Source: Pseudomonadota bacterium (GTDB taxonomy: Bacteria > Pseudomonadota > Gammaproteobacteria > Poriferisulfidales > GCA-002705445). Taken from it: a stretch of 39,066 bases of DNA. Shown piece by piece: positions 17,598-27,203 of the stretch (position 1 is the first letter of the stretch; each line of letters opens with the position of its first letter). A program made the translations under genes and the position numbers. The stretch is from contig JAYZIH010000019.1 of assembly GCA_036165695.1 (NCBI GenBank), forward strand, positions 1-39,066, written 5' to 3'. The notes below the pieces were generated by a model that saw nothing but the letters and a program-made list of their open reading frames with translations, was not told where the DNA came from and ran no database searches.

Positions 17598-17626
17598 TTT
17601 TTTTTTAATTATTTTGGAGGTATAAA

Positions 17627-17959
17627 ATGAGTTTGGAAGTTGATGGAAAATCTTATGATACAGATGAGGAAGGTTATTTAGCAAACCTAAATGATTGGAA
17701 TCCAGGCCTCGCTGATGCTATGGCAAAAGTAGATGGCACAAATTTGGATGAAAACCATTGGGAAGTTATAAATTTTCTTCGAGAGTATTATGAAGAATAC
17801 CAAATTGCCCCTGCTGTTAGAGTTTTAACTAAAGCGATTGGCAAAAAACTTGGCAAAGACAAGGGAAATAGTAAGTATTTATATGAGTTATTTCCTTATG
17901 GGCCTGCGAAGCAAGCATGTAAATATGCAGGGCTTCCAAAGCCAACAGGGTGTGTATAA
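17627..17959 (+). CDS. dsrC: DsrC sulfur-carrier protein
   Basis: 110 aa with the canonical C-terminal arm CKYAGLPKPTGCV, carrying both the penultimate Cys and the Cys ten residues upstream. Confidence 0.95.
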   Translation: MSLEVDGKSYDTDEEGYLANLNDWNPGLADAMAKVDGTNLDENHWEVINFLREYYEEYQIAPAVRVLTKAIGKKLGKDKGNSKYLYELFPYGPAKQACKYAGLPKPTGCV

Positions 17960-17977
17960 AACGATACACAAAAGACA

Positions 17978-18709
17978 ATGGATCCAACAATAAGTCTTTT
18001 GAGTAAATTTATTGCAGTTGTGTTTTATTTTGCATTTGCAATTTTGTTTATAGGTTTGATACGTAAAATAATGCAGTACGCTTCTACACCAGCACCATTA
18101 AAAATTCCAACAATGCCTGCTCCTATTACAAAGTTAGGCGTTGGTTATAGGATGCTTAAAGAAGTCGTTATTTTTGAAAGCCTTTTCAAATCAAGTAAAC
18201 CAACTTGGCTTTTCGGCTGGTTATTTCATTTTGGACTTTTTCTAGATATGTTAAGACATTTAAGATATTTTATAGATCCAGTTTGGGCTTGGGTAGTTTT
18301 TATACAACCCTTCGGAAAGTATGGTTCAATTTTGATGGTGATTGGATTACTTGGCCTAATTGCTAGAAGATTATTCGTTGATAGAGTGAGATATATATCT
18401 GCACCTTCAGACCACTTAATGTTGGTTTTAATTTTATGTATAGCATCTACTGGGATTTTAATGAGTTTTTATCTTGGAACAGATGTAGTTAGTGTTAAGT
18501 CTTTCTTCATGGGTTTAATGACTGGAAATATACAAAATATTCCTCCTGATCCAGTTTTAGTTTGCCATTTATTATTAGTTGCTTTTTTGATGATTATTTT
18601 CCCATATAGCAAATTACTGCATGCACCGGGGGTCTTTTTTAGTCCGTCAAGAAATCAAGTAGATAATCCAAGAGAAAAAAGACATGTAACAAAGTGGGCT
18701 ACCAAATGA
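17978..18709 (+). CDS. dsrM: DsrM, NarI-like membrane dihaem cytochrome b
   Basis: 243 aa with about five hydrophobic helices carrying conserved His residues. Locus position fits. Confidence 0.85.
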   Translation: MDPTISLLSKFIAVVFYFAFAILFIGLIRKIMQYASTPAPLKIPTMPAPITKLGVGYRMLKEVVIFESLFKSSKPTWLFGWLFHFGLFLDMLRHLRYFIDPVWAWVVFIQPFGKYGSILMVIGLLGLIARRLFVDRVRYISAPSDHLMLVLILCIASTGILMSFYLGTDVVSVKSFFMGLMTGNIQNIPPDPVLVCHLLLVAFLMIIFPYSKLLHAPGVFFSPSRNQVDNPREKRHVTKWATK

Positions 18710-20244
18710 CTGATAAAAAATTTGACACACCAGAATTGAGAGAGTTTCCTATTATTCCTAAACTAAAAGATGGAGTAATGTCACACAGTAAGCCTTTTTT
18801 TTCTAAAGAAGAATTTCAAGAACCTCTAGGGTTTCCTGGAGACCTGGTTGAAGGATGGGAAGAGAAGGCCGTTGAAAAAATGGGTGACTTACAAGGTAAA
18901 TATAGATCCTTGCAAGTATTTCTAGATTCTTGTGTAAAATGTGGTGCTTGTACTGACAAATGTCATTATTATCTTGGCACAACAGATCCAAAAAATATGC
19001 CTGTTGCGCGTCAGGATCTTTATAGAAAAGTATATAGAAGATATTTTACTTTTGCCGGGAAATATTTCCCTAAATTAGTTGGAGCAACCAACCTTTCAAA
19101 AGAAGTATTAGATGATTGGTATACATATTTTCACCAATGTTCTCAGTGCAGGAGATGTTCAGTGTATTGTCCTTATGGAATTGATACAGCTGAAATTTCT
19201 ATGGCAGCAAGGGAGGTAATGGACACCATTGGCGTTGGACAGAAATACTGTAATGAAATTATTGGGAAGGTACATAAAATTGGAAATAACTTAGGACTTC
19301 CTGGTCCCGCCTTAGAAGATACTTTAGAAGGGTTAGAGGAAGATGTAGAAGAAGAAACTGGCGTGTCTGTTAAGTTTCCTTTAGATCAAGAAGGAGCGGA
19401 TGTTTTACTTGTGACTCCTTCTGCAGATTTTTTTGCTGAACCACATGTAGATGGACTTATTGGTTATGCCAAGGTTTTACATGAAGCAGGAATTTCTTGG
19501 ACTTTAAGTTCTCATGCAAGCGAAGCAGCTAATTTTGGAATGTTTATTGGAAGCTATGATAATATGAAAAAATTAGCACTAAGAATTAGAGAAGCTGCGT
19601 TAAAGCTAAAAGTAAAAAGAATTGTTTTTGGCGAGTGTGGTCACGCATGGAGAGTTGCATACAGTTTTTTAAATACACTAGCAGGTCCATGGGATTTTTT
19701 AGATCCTAAATATCCTGTTCCTCAACATATATGTGAAGTTACATATGATTTAATTAACGAAAAGAAAATTAAATTCGATAAGTCCCGCAATGATGATATG
19801 GTCTTAACTTTCCATGACTCATGTAATGTTGCAAGGGCTTCAAGAATGGGGGATATGCCAGGAGGGCAATTTATAATACCTAGAGAGATTATCAAATCTA
19901 CATGTAATAATTTTTATGATATGCCAAAAGATACTATTAAAGAAGGTACATATTGCTGTGGTGGTGGCGGAGGCTTACTAACTGATGATTTAATTGAGCT
20001 TAGAGTTAAAGGTGCTTTACCTAGAATGGAGGCTTTGAATCATGTGACTGAAAATCATGGTGTAACGCATATGGCGGCAATTTGTGCTATTTGTAAGAGC
20101 CAATTTTCTAAAGTATTTCCATATTACAATTTTACGATGGATCAGATTGTAAGTGTGCACCAACTAGTTAGCAATGCAATTATATTGACTGGTAGTACTG
20201 ATGAAAATGACCACCCAAAAGAGGATATAGAAGAAGCTGCGTAA
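18706..20244 (+). CDS. dsrK: DsrK, HdrD-like iron-sulfur (CCG-domain) subunit
   Basis: Ferredoxin Cys motifs (CVKCGACTDKC, CSQCRRCSVYCP) and a CCG domain (YCCGGGGG). I prefer ATG 18706, which forms an ATGA overlap with the dsrM stop, over the tracked GTG at 18694. Confidence 0.9.
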   Translation: MTDKKFDTPELREFPIIPKLKDGVMSHSKPFFSKEEFQEPLGFPGDLVEGWEEKAVEKMGDLQGKYRSLQVFLDSCVKCGACTDKCHYYLGTTDPKNMPVARQDLYRKVYRRYFTFAGKYFPKLVGATNLSKEVLDDWYTYFHQCSQCRRCSVYCPYGIDTAEISMAAREVMDTIGVGQKYCNEIIGKVHKIGNNLGLPGPALEDTLEGLEEDVEEETGVSVKFPLDQEGADVLLVTPSADFFAEPHVDGLIGYAKVLHEAGISWTLSSHASEAANFGMFIGSYDNMKKLALRIREAALKLKVKRIVFGECGHAWRVAYSFLNTLAGPWDFLDPKYPVPQHICEVTYDLINEKKIKFDKSRNDDMVLTFHDSCNVARASRMGDMPGGQFIIPREIIKSTCNNFYDMPKDTIKEGTYCCGGGGGLLTDDLIELRVKGALPRMEALNHVTENHGVTHMAAICAICKSQFSKVFPYYNFTMDQIVSVHQLVSNAIILTGSTDENDHPKEDIEEAA

Positions 20245-20277
20245 TAGTTTAATATATTACGTATAAGGAGATTATAT

Positions 20278-22233
20278 ATGGGAGCGCCAAAAGAAGAAAT
20301 TGAAAAAAAATTAACTTTTAGGAAGTATCAAGAAGGCGTTCATGAGTATGAACGTCTAGGTGATAATATTTTTGAACAAGATAAATCACATAAATGCCCT
20401 ACTTATGTTCATAGAACTCCACCTTGCCAAGGTAGTTGTCCTTCAGGAGAGGACATTAGGGGTTGGTTAGATATTGTGCGCGGCATAGAAAAACCACCTG
20501 AAGATGTTTCAATGCAAGAATATGCATTTAGAAGATCAACTACAGCAAATCCTTTTCCATCTATGATGGGGAGAGTGTGTCCTGCACCATGCCAAACTGG
20601 ATGTAACAGAAATGATGTTGAAGATTTTGTTGGGATAAATGCGGTAGAACAATATATTGGCGACACCGCTATTGAGAAAGAATTTACCTTTGAGTGTACA
20701 GATAAAATGTCAGGTAAAAAAGTTGCAATTGTAGGAGGAGGGCCTGCCGGCCTATCTGCAGCTTATCAATTAAGGAAACTTGGTCATGCAAGTACTATTT
20801 TTGAGGCGCATGAGAAGTTAGGTGGAATGATGAAGTATGGTATTCCAAACTATAGAACACCAGATAAATTTTTAGAGCCAGAGGTAGAAAGAATTTTAGG
20901 TATGGGACACATCAATGTTCAGTATAATACAACTGTTGGAAAAGATATTAAAATAGAAAAACTTGAAAAAGAATACGATGCAATATTATGGGCGATTGGT
21001 TGTTGGACAGGTAGAGACTTGCCAGTGCCAAATAATGATGCGCCTAACTGTATTTCAGCCATAAAATATTTAGAAGCTATTGCGCAAAATAGACTGTTTG
21101 TAACAGCTAAAAAAATTGTTTGTGTCGGCGGAGGAGATACATCTATTGATGTTGTTTCATCTTCAAAAAGACTAGGTACACTCGATCATGAATTAAGCGA
21201 TGAGATTAAACCAGAATCAATTACAAGTAATAATACATCGCAAGATGAAAGTTTGGCAGAAAAAAGAGTTCATAATGATGTGACACTTACATCTTTATTT
21301 AAAAAGTCTGAGATGACAGCAACAGAACATGAAGTAAATGATGCAATTAATGAAGGTGTAAAAATTCTTGATGGAGTAATGCCAATTGAAATTTTAGTAG
21401 ATAAGAGTGGAAGGGCTACTGGTATTAAAATGGTTAAGTGTGAAATGCAAGATAATAAGCCAACACCTATAGAAGGAACAGAATTTGAGTTAGAGGCTGA
21501 CTTAATTGTATCAGCGATTGGCCAGAGTGGAGTTTTAGATGGCTTAGATGAACTTAATAATGGGAAAAATTTAATTTCTGCTGATTCACATTATGCAGTA
21601 CCAGATAAGCCTGGTCATTTCGTTGCTGGAGATATAATAAGACCACACCTATTAACTACAGCTATAGGGCAAGGTGCAGTAGCATCTGAAACTATTCATA
21701 AATATTTTGAAAATAATGAATTAAGAAAGCGTCCAAAAGTAGATGTCCACCATTTTGACTTATTAGAAAAGCTTAAGGAAAGTAAGCTAGCACCAGAGAC
21801 TTATGAAGGTGGTGAATATCGTGGCACTGATGAGTTAGACTTTTCAGTACATAATTATGAAGACAGGTCACAACAGGAAGTTATTAAGACGGAAAGGATG
21901 TTTTTGGCTCATTTTGAGAATACACCTCGTGGTTTGAGAGAAGAAACGGGGCCAGACGAAAAGGCTGTCCTAGGAAACTTTGATGAAAGAATGAAAACAT
22001 ACACTGAAGAAGAAGCAATTAAGGAAGCAGGAAGGTGTATGAGTTGTGGGATGTGTTTTGAATGCGATAACTGTGTGATTTATTGTCCACAAGATGCAGT
22101 TTTTAGAGTTAAAAAGGATAAAAGTACAACAGGAAGATATGTCGACACAGATTATAAAAAATGTATAGGATGTCATATTTGCTCAGACGTTTGCCCAACA
22201 GGTTACATAGATATGGCCTTGGGAGATCATTAG
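20278..22233 (+). CDS. dsrL: DsrL, NAD(P)H-dependent iron-sulfur flavoprotein (GltD-like)
   Basis: 651 aa with dinucleotide fold GGGPAG and VGGGDTS, and a C-terminal 2x[4Fe-4S] ferredoxin domain (CMSCGMCFECDNCVIYCP, CIGCHICSDVCP). SD AAGGAG upstream. Confidence 0.9.
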   Translation: MGAPKEEIEKKLTFRKYQEGVHEYERLGDNIFEQDKSHKCPTYVHRTPPCQGSCPSGEDIRGWLDIVRGIEKPPEDVSMQEYAFRRSTTANPFPSMMGRVCPAPCQTGCNRNDVEDFVGINAVEQYIGDTAIEKEFTFECTDKMSGKKVAIVGGGPAGLSAAYQLRKLGHASTIFEAHEKLGGMMKYGIPNYRTPDKFLEPEVERILGMGHINVQYNTTVGKDIKIEKLEKEYDAILWAIGCWTGRDLPVPNNDAPNCISAIKYLEAIAQNRLFVTAKKIVCVGGGDTSIDVVSSSKRLGTLDHELSDEIKPESITSNNTSQDESLAEKRVHNDVTLTSLFKKSEMTATEHEVNDAINEGVKILDGVMPIEILVDKSGRATGIKMVKCEMQDNKPTPIEGTEFELEADLIVSAIGQSGVLDGLDELNNGKNLISADSHYAVPDKPGHFVAGDIIRPHLLTTAIGQGAVASETIHKYFENNELRKRPKVDVHHFDLLEKLKESKLAPETYEGGEYRGTDELDFSVHNYEDRSQQEVIKTERMFLAHFENTPRGLREETGPDEKAVLGNFDERMKTYTEEEAIKEAGRCMSCGMCFECDNCVIYCPQDAVFRVKKDKSTTGRYVDTDYKKCIGCHICSDVCPTGYIDMALGDH

Positions 22234-22277
22234 GGTAAATAGTTAGTTGAAAACTGAATTTATGGGAGAAATTCAGT

Positions 22278-22667
22278 ATGTATAGAAAAATTTTAATTGT
22301 CTCACTCTTCACATTTGCATTTATGCTGATTGTACTCCCTTCAGAATCTCATGATAATCAGGATTTACATCATAATATAAGTAAGTTATCAGGAGATAAA
22401 TGTGTTGAACCAACACAGCTAATGAGAGAAAAACATCATATATTTATCGAAGATCATAGTCATGAAACTGTGGTTAATGGAATTAGAACTAAAAAACATA
22501 GTTTAAAGAACTGTATACAATGCCATATACAACCTTTAGCAGATGGAACATTCCCGGCAAAAGATGATGAACAACACTTTTGTGCAGGTTGTCATTTATT
22601 TACTGGGGTAAAATTAGAATGTTTTGATTGCCATGCGTCAAAACCTTTGAGAAAAGTTAAAAATTGA
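22278..22667 (+). CDS. dsrJ: DsrJ, periplasmic trihaem cytochrome c
   Basis: 129 aa with a signal peptide and three CxxCH motifs (CIQCH, CAGCH, CFDCH). The conserved extra Cys in GDKCVEP is also present. Confidence 0.9.
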   Translation: MYRKILIVSLFTFAFMLIVLPSESHDNQDLHHNISKLSGDKCVEPTQLMREKHHIFIEDHSHETVVNGIRTKKHSLKNCIQCHIQPLADGTFPAKDDEQHFCAGCHLFTGVKLECFDCHASKPLRKVKN

Positions 22668-23428
22668 GAAAATATGTTGAGATGATTGATAAAGCTAATA
22701 ATCAATTGAGTAGAAGAAAGTTTTTAAAAGGGACGGCTAAACTTAGCCTACTAACAATTGCGCCTGGCATTTTCTTGCAAGACTTAGCTGGCGCTAGAGA
22801 TCCAGCAACTCCTGTGAGTAATAAGAGTCGTTGGGGAATGTTAATTAATACTAATTTATGTGACGAAGGATGTGATGCATGTGTTACAGCTTGTAATGAA
22901 GAACATGGTATAGATGATTTTGGTAGACCAGAAACAGATGTACAATGGATTAGAAAGCTTAATTTAGTAGATGAAACTTCTAATAAAAAATATAGTATTC
23001 CAATGATGTGTCAACATTGTGAAGACCCCCCATGTGTGGATGTATGCCCGACAGGCGCTTCTTTTGTTAGAGCTGATGGCATTGTCCTGGTTAATAGTCA
23101 TACATGTATTGGATGTAGATATTGCATGATGGCTTGTCCATATAAGGCACGTGCTTTTGTCCATGAAAATCTTTCAAACCAATTGCCAGATGTTCCTAGA
23201 GGAAAAGGTTGTGTAGAAAGTTGTACTTTATGTGTACATAGAATTGATAGAGGGGAAAATAATACTGCATGTGCAGAAGCATGTACAAAGGATGGTGCAC
23301 AGGCTATTATCTTTGGTGATTTAAATGATCCAGATAGTGAAATTTCTAAACAGTTAGTTAAGTATGGTGGAACTGCAATTAGGGGTGATTTAGGATTAAA
23401 TACGGCAGTTAGATATCGAGGAATTTAA
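22664..23428 (+). CDS. dsrO: DsrO, periplasmic 4Fe-4S ferredoxin subunit (Tat-exported)
   Basis: Twin-arginine signal SRRKFLKG and several CxxCxxCxxxCP clusters. The tracked TTG start overlaps the dsrJ stop; ATG 22682 is an alternative start. Confidence 0.9.
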   Translation: MRKYVEMIDKANNQLSRRKFLKGTAKLSLLTIAPGIFLQDLAGARDPATPVSNKSRWGMLINTNLCDEGCDACVTACNEEHGIDDFGRPETDVQWIRKLNLVDETSNKKYSIPMMCQHCEDPPCVDVCPTGASFVRADGIVLVNSHTCIGCRYCMMACPYKARAFVHENLSNQLPDVPRGKGCVESCTLCVHRIDRGENNTACAEACTKDGAQAIIFGDLNDPDSEISKQLVKYGGTAIRGDLGLNTAVRYRGI

Positions 23429-23430
23429 TT

Positions 23431-24639
23431 ATGCAAGATAAGACAGAATATAAAGTTATTGAATTATCAAGAGCAGTTTTTATATTTGGAATTATATCTC
23501 TATCATTAATTGGGCTTGGACTCTATTCCTTTACAATTTTAGAGCATGAAGGTCATTGGCTAACTGGCATGAATAATCAAGTAGTTTGGGGAGTTCCGCA
23601 TATTTTTGCAATTTTTTTAATACTTGCTGCTTCCGGAATACTTAATGTAGCTACAATTTCCTCCGTTTTTAATATTCGAGCTTATAAACCTCTAGCTAGG
23701 CTATCAGCACTTTTAGCTATATGTTTATTAACAGGTGGATTGTTAGTACTTGTTTTAGATTTAGGAAGGCCAGAACGTCTTGTTGTAGCTATGACTACTT
23801 TTAATTTTAAATCTATATTTGCTTGGAATATATTCCTATATAGTGGATTTATATTTGTTGCAGCAATATATTTATGGATGATGTTTGAGGCACGTTATAA
23901 TAAATTTATAGGAAAGGTTGGAACATTTGCATTTGTTTGGAGAATAATTCTAACAACGGGAACAGGGTCAATATTTGGTGTCCTGGTTGCTAAAGAAGCA
24001 TATAATGGAGCTTTACTTGCACCATTATTTATTGCACTCTCATTATTACTAGGGACAGCAATATTTTATAAAGTTTTATTTTGGATGGATAAAGGTCTTG
24101 ATGTAGCATTAGGTACAGAGACTATTGAAAGATTTAGGAAACTATTAATATATTTTATTTTTGCTGTTTTTTATTTAACAGTTTTATCTCACCTAACAAA
24201 TCTTTATGCGACAAAAAATCATAATTATGAGTTCTTCCTATTATTTTCTGGGAATATTTATACATTTTTATTTTGGTTTGGGTACCTAGTGATTGGAACT
24301 ATTTTGCCCTTGCTAATTCTATATAATAAAAAGTGTCAAAAGTGTCCAGTTATGATTTTAGTTTCTTCCTTCTTAGTAATTTTGGGTGTTTTTTGCCAGT
24401 TATATGTCATTATAATTTCAGGCCAAGCTTTCCCATTAGATTTGTTTCCCGGCTTGTCTGAAAGTAGCACTTTTCAAGATGGCGTCATATCACCCTATAT
24501 CCCAAGTGTTTATGAGCTTATGCTTGGCTTAGGGGGTGTAGGTATTGCGGCTATTATTTATTTAGTTGCGGTTCTAGCGTTAGATTTTACCCCAAAAACT
24601 TTAGAAGACCAGAATCATAAAGATCAAAGAGTTGAATAG
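23431..24639 (+). CDS. dsrP: DsrP, NrfD/PsrC-like integral membrane quinone-interacting subunit
   Basis: 402 aa with about ten hydrophobic helices. Directly follows dsrO. Confidence 0.85.
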   Translation: MQDKTEYKVIELSRAVFIFGIISLSLIGLGLYSFTILEHEGHWLTGMNNQVVWGVPHIFAIFLILAASGILNVATISSVFNIRAYKPLARLSALLAICLLTGGLLVLVLDLGRPERLVVAMTTFNFKSIFAWNIFLYSGFIFVAAIYLWMMFEARYNKFIGKVGTFAFVWRIILTTGTGSIFGVLVAKEAYNGALLAPLFIALSLLLGTAIFYKVLFWMDKGLDVALGTETIERFRKLLIYFIFAVFYLTVLSHLTNLYATKNHNYEFFLLFSGNIYTFLFWFGYLVIGTILPLLILYNKKCQKCPVMILVSSFLVILGVFCQLYVIIISGQAFPLDLFPGLSESSTFQDGVISPYIPSVYELMLGLGGVGIAAIIYLVAVLALDFTPKTLEDQNHKDQRVE

Positions 24640-26020
24640 TCTATACATATCGGCAGCACATAAATCTTCTGGTAAAACTATTTTATCGGTTGGATTATCA
24701 AGAATATTTTCTAAGCTTAATTATAAAGTGCAAGCATATAAAAAAGGACCAGACTATATTGACCCTAGTTGGCTTTCATTAGCTTCCGGATCTCCTTGCT
24801 ATAACTTAGATTTTAATACGCAAAAAAATTCAGAAATTGTAGGTTTATATGAAGAAACTCATTTAGATTTTAACATAATCGAAGGAAATAAAGGCTTGTA
24901 CGATGGACTTAATCTAGATGGCTCAGATTCAAATGCTGCACTCGCCAAGTTATTAAATACAGAAGTTTTATTAATAATTAACTCAGAAGGAATTACCAGG
25001 GGGATAGCTCCATTACTAGATGGCTACATAAATTTCGATAAGAAATGCAAAATATCAGGGGTTATTTTAAATAATGTTGCATCAAGCAGACATGAAGAAA
25101 AGTTAGTTAGCTCAATTAGGAAATATACAGATCTAGAAATATACGGGGCAATACCTAAGAACGAAAACTTTATACAAGAGAGGCATCTAGGATTAGTACC
25201 ATCAAATGAAAATAAGCTAGCTACGGCAAGAGTTGATTTTATTGCAAAAGCCATTAAATCTTCTGTAGATATAAAAAAAATAGAAAGAAATTTTTATAAG
25301 AGTAATAGTGCAGATCATGAAATTTTAGATGAGATAAGGCTATATAAAAAAGAAGTAAAAAAAATAATGAGGATTGGAATCCTTTATGATCAATCATTTG
25401 GATTTTATTACTCTGATGACTTAGAAAAGTTTTCCCAATATGGAGCAGAACTTATTTATATAAATAGCATTCAGGATAAGAGGCTCCCAAAAAAACTAGA
25501 TGGATTATTTATAGGTGGCGGATTTCCTGAGATAGTAGCTAGTAAGTTAGAAAAGAATATACAACTGAAGCTAGATATAAAAGATTTTATTATGAATAAT
25601 AATCCATGCTATGTTGAATGTGGAGGCCTTATGTATCTCTGTAATAAATTAATTTATAACAAAAAAAAATATAATATGGTTGGTGTGATACCGGGAACAT
25701 GCGAAATACAAAACTCACCAGTAGGAAGAGGATATGTTAAAATACAGTTTAAGAAAAATAATTTATGGAATGTAGATTGCAAAAAAATTATCAAGTGTCA
25801 TGAGTTCCATTATGCAAAACTAAAAAACAATACAAGTATATCAAATAATTGTTTCTCAAATGTCTTAAGGGGATATGGCATCAATGGACAAGCAGATAGC
25901 TATCAATATAAAAACCTATTAGCAAATTTTTCTCATCTCAGGCATACTGAAAGCTTCCCATGGGTAAAATATTTTATTGATTTTGTAAAGAGACAAAAAA
26001 GTGATAAAGATAACAGATAA
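24632..26020 (+). CDS. dsrN: DsrN, cobyrinic acid a,c-diamide synthase-like siroheme amidase
   Basis: 462 aa with the CobB/CbiA-type N-terminal SGKT loop and a C-terminal glutamine amidotransferase-like half (ECGGLMYL). TTG start overlaps the dsrP end by 8 nt. Confidence 0.85.
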   Translation: MNSLYISAAHKSSGKTILSVGLSRIFSKLNYKVQAYKKGPDYIDPSWLSLASGSPCYNLDFNTQKNSEIVGLYEETHLDFNIIEGNKGLYDGLNLDGSDSNAALAKLLNTEVLLIINSEGITRGIAPLLDGYINFDKKCKISGVILNNVASSRHEEKLVSSIRKYTDLEIYGAIPKNENFIQERHLGLVPSNENKLATARVDFIAKAIKSSVDIKKIERNFYKSNSADHEILDEIRLYKKEVKKIMRIGILYDQSFGFYYSDDLEKFSQYGAELIYINSIQDKRLPKKLDGLFIGGGFPEIVASKLEKNIQLKLDIKDFIMNNNPCYVECGGLMYLCNKLIYNKKKYNMVGVIPGTCEIQNSPVGRGYVKIQFKKNNLWNVDCKKIIKCHEFHYAKLKNNTSISNNCFSNVLRGYGINGQADSYQYKNLLANFSHLRHTESFPWVKYFIDFVKRQKSDKDNR

Positions 26021-26318
26021 AGCATTATCAAAAATCATAGAACAAAAAAAACTAATGAAAAATGACTCTATGAAGCTTAGAGTCGCTGTTATGCGTAAAG
26101 ATGATAAATATCATTATGCTATGGGATTTGATGATAATGTAACCCAAGAAGATGAGATTGTTCCTACCGATGGAATTGATATAATTGTTTCATCAGTATC
26201 TAAACCTCTTGCAAATGGTATGACTATTGATTATGTTGAAATTGAAAAAGATAATTTCAATTTTATTTTTTTAAATCCAAATGACCCGTCTTATGTTGAA
26301 CCCAAAGAAAAAAAGTGA
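26001..26318 (+). CDS. dsrR: DsrR, IscA/HesB-like protein without Fe-S ligand cysteines
   Basis: 105 aa with the IscA-like pattern (I.ITD.A...I......LR..V...G..G..Y...FD) but no cysteine anywhere. GTG start overlaps dsrN by 20 nt. Confidence 0.7.
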   Translation: MIKITDKALSKIIEQKKLMKNDSMKLRVAVMRKDDKYHYAMGFDDNVTQEDEIVPTDGIDIIVSSVSKPLANGMTIDYVEIEKDNFNFIFLNPNDPSYVEPKEKK

Positions 26319-27195
26319 AGATTTTAATATTTTTCTAGAATTGTTAAGCACTTGGCTAACAAATATTATGGCTGGAGATTTGTCTGCGAGACTCAATTTA
26401 GATAAAGAGAGCCCATACTACTTAGTTTCTAATAATATAAATGCTGTTTCTGACATGCTTGAAAAACAAGTGAGTAAAAATAACGAGCAGATAGAGAGGT
26501 TCTCTAAATATAAAGAGGAGAAGAATATTGAAATAAATAAACTTGCAATTGTTGAAGAACGTATAAAATTTGCTTCAGAACTACATGATTCTTTAGCACA
26601 AACCCTTGCCACACTAAAATTACAAGTAAGGGTGTTAGATGAAAGTATGCATCAGTCAAATGAAAAAAATATGTGGTCAGAATTAGAGAAATTAGAAAAA
26701 AGCATAGAGAGAGCAAACACGGAGATAAGGAAACTTATTAAACATTTTAGATCTGGCTCATCAGAAGAAAATAATTTTTTCAATAGCATTAATAATGTAG
26801 TGAATGATTTTAAAAATGATTTTCCAAGTGCAAAGATATTTTACCAAAACAATATATCAGATATTAATATTAATAATGAGCAAGAACTAAATATAGTTAG
26901 GATAATCCAGGAAGCTTTGACTAATGTAAAAAAACATTCTAAAGCTAGCACTGTTAGACTTTTTCTTACATCAGAGAATGCAGACAAGTATTTAATAATT
27001 ATTGAAGATGATGGTATTGGTATAGCCAAATCATGTTTTATGGGTCATGATGAAGAGCCTTCTGATGACCACTTTGGTATAAATATTATGAGAGACAGGG
27101 CAAAGAAAATTGATGGTGATTTAAAAATAGAAAGTGAACCTGGAGAAGGAGTAAGAATAATTTTAAGATTCTCCAAGCAATTAGAAAATTCTTAA
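26281..27195 (+). CDS. sensor histidine kinase, HAMP-remnant + HisKA_3 + HATPase_c, no transmembrane or sensor domain
   Basis: H-box ELHDSLAQTL with His at about residue 102. N-box NVKKHS, G-box DDGIGI, and GEGVRI are present. A HAMP-like segment IMAGDLSARL...NNINAVSDML lies near the N-terminus. The tracked start overlaps dsrR by 38 nt; alternative starts are ATG 26293, TTG 26341 and ATG 26368. Confidence 0.8.
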   Translation: MTRLMLNPKKKSEDFNIFLELLSTWLTNIMAGDLSARLNLDKESPYYLVSNNINAVSDMLEKQVSKNNEQIERFSKYKEEKNIEINKLAIVEERIKFASELHDSLAQTLATLKLQVRVLDESMHQSNEKNMWSELEKLEKSIERANTEIRKLIKHFRSGSSEENNFFNSINNVVNDFKNDFPSAKIFYQNNISDININNEQELNIVRIIQEALTNVKKHSKASTVRLFLTSENADKYLIIIEDDGIGIAKSCFMGHDEEPSDDHFGINIMRDRAKKIDGDLKIESEPGEGVRIILRFSKQLENS

Positions 27196-27203
27196 AAATT
27201 AAC

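Noticed and set aside
18694-18705. GTG 18694 as the dsrK start (tracked ORF).
   Set aside because: ATG 18706 gives the classic ATGA stop/start overlap with dsrM. Either start is possible, and the difference is 4 codons.
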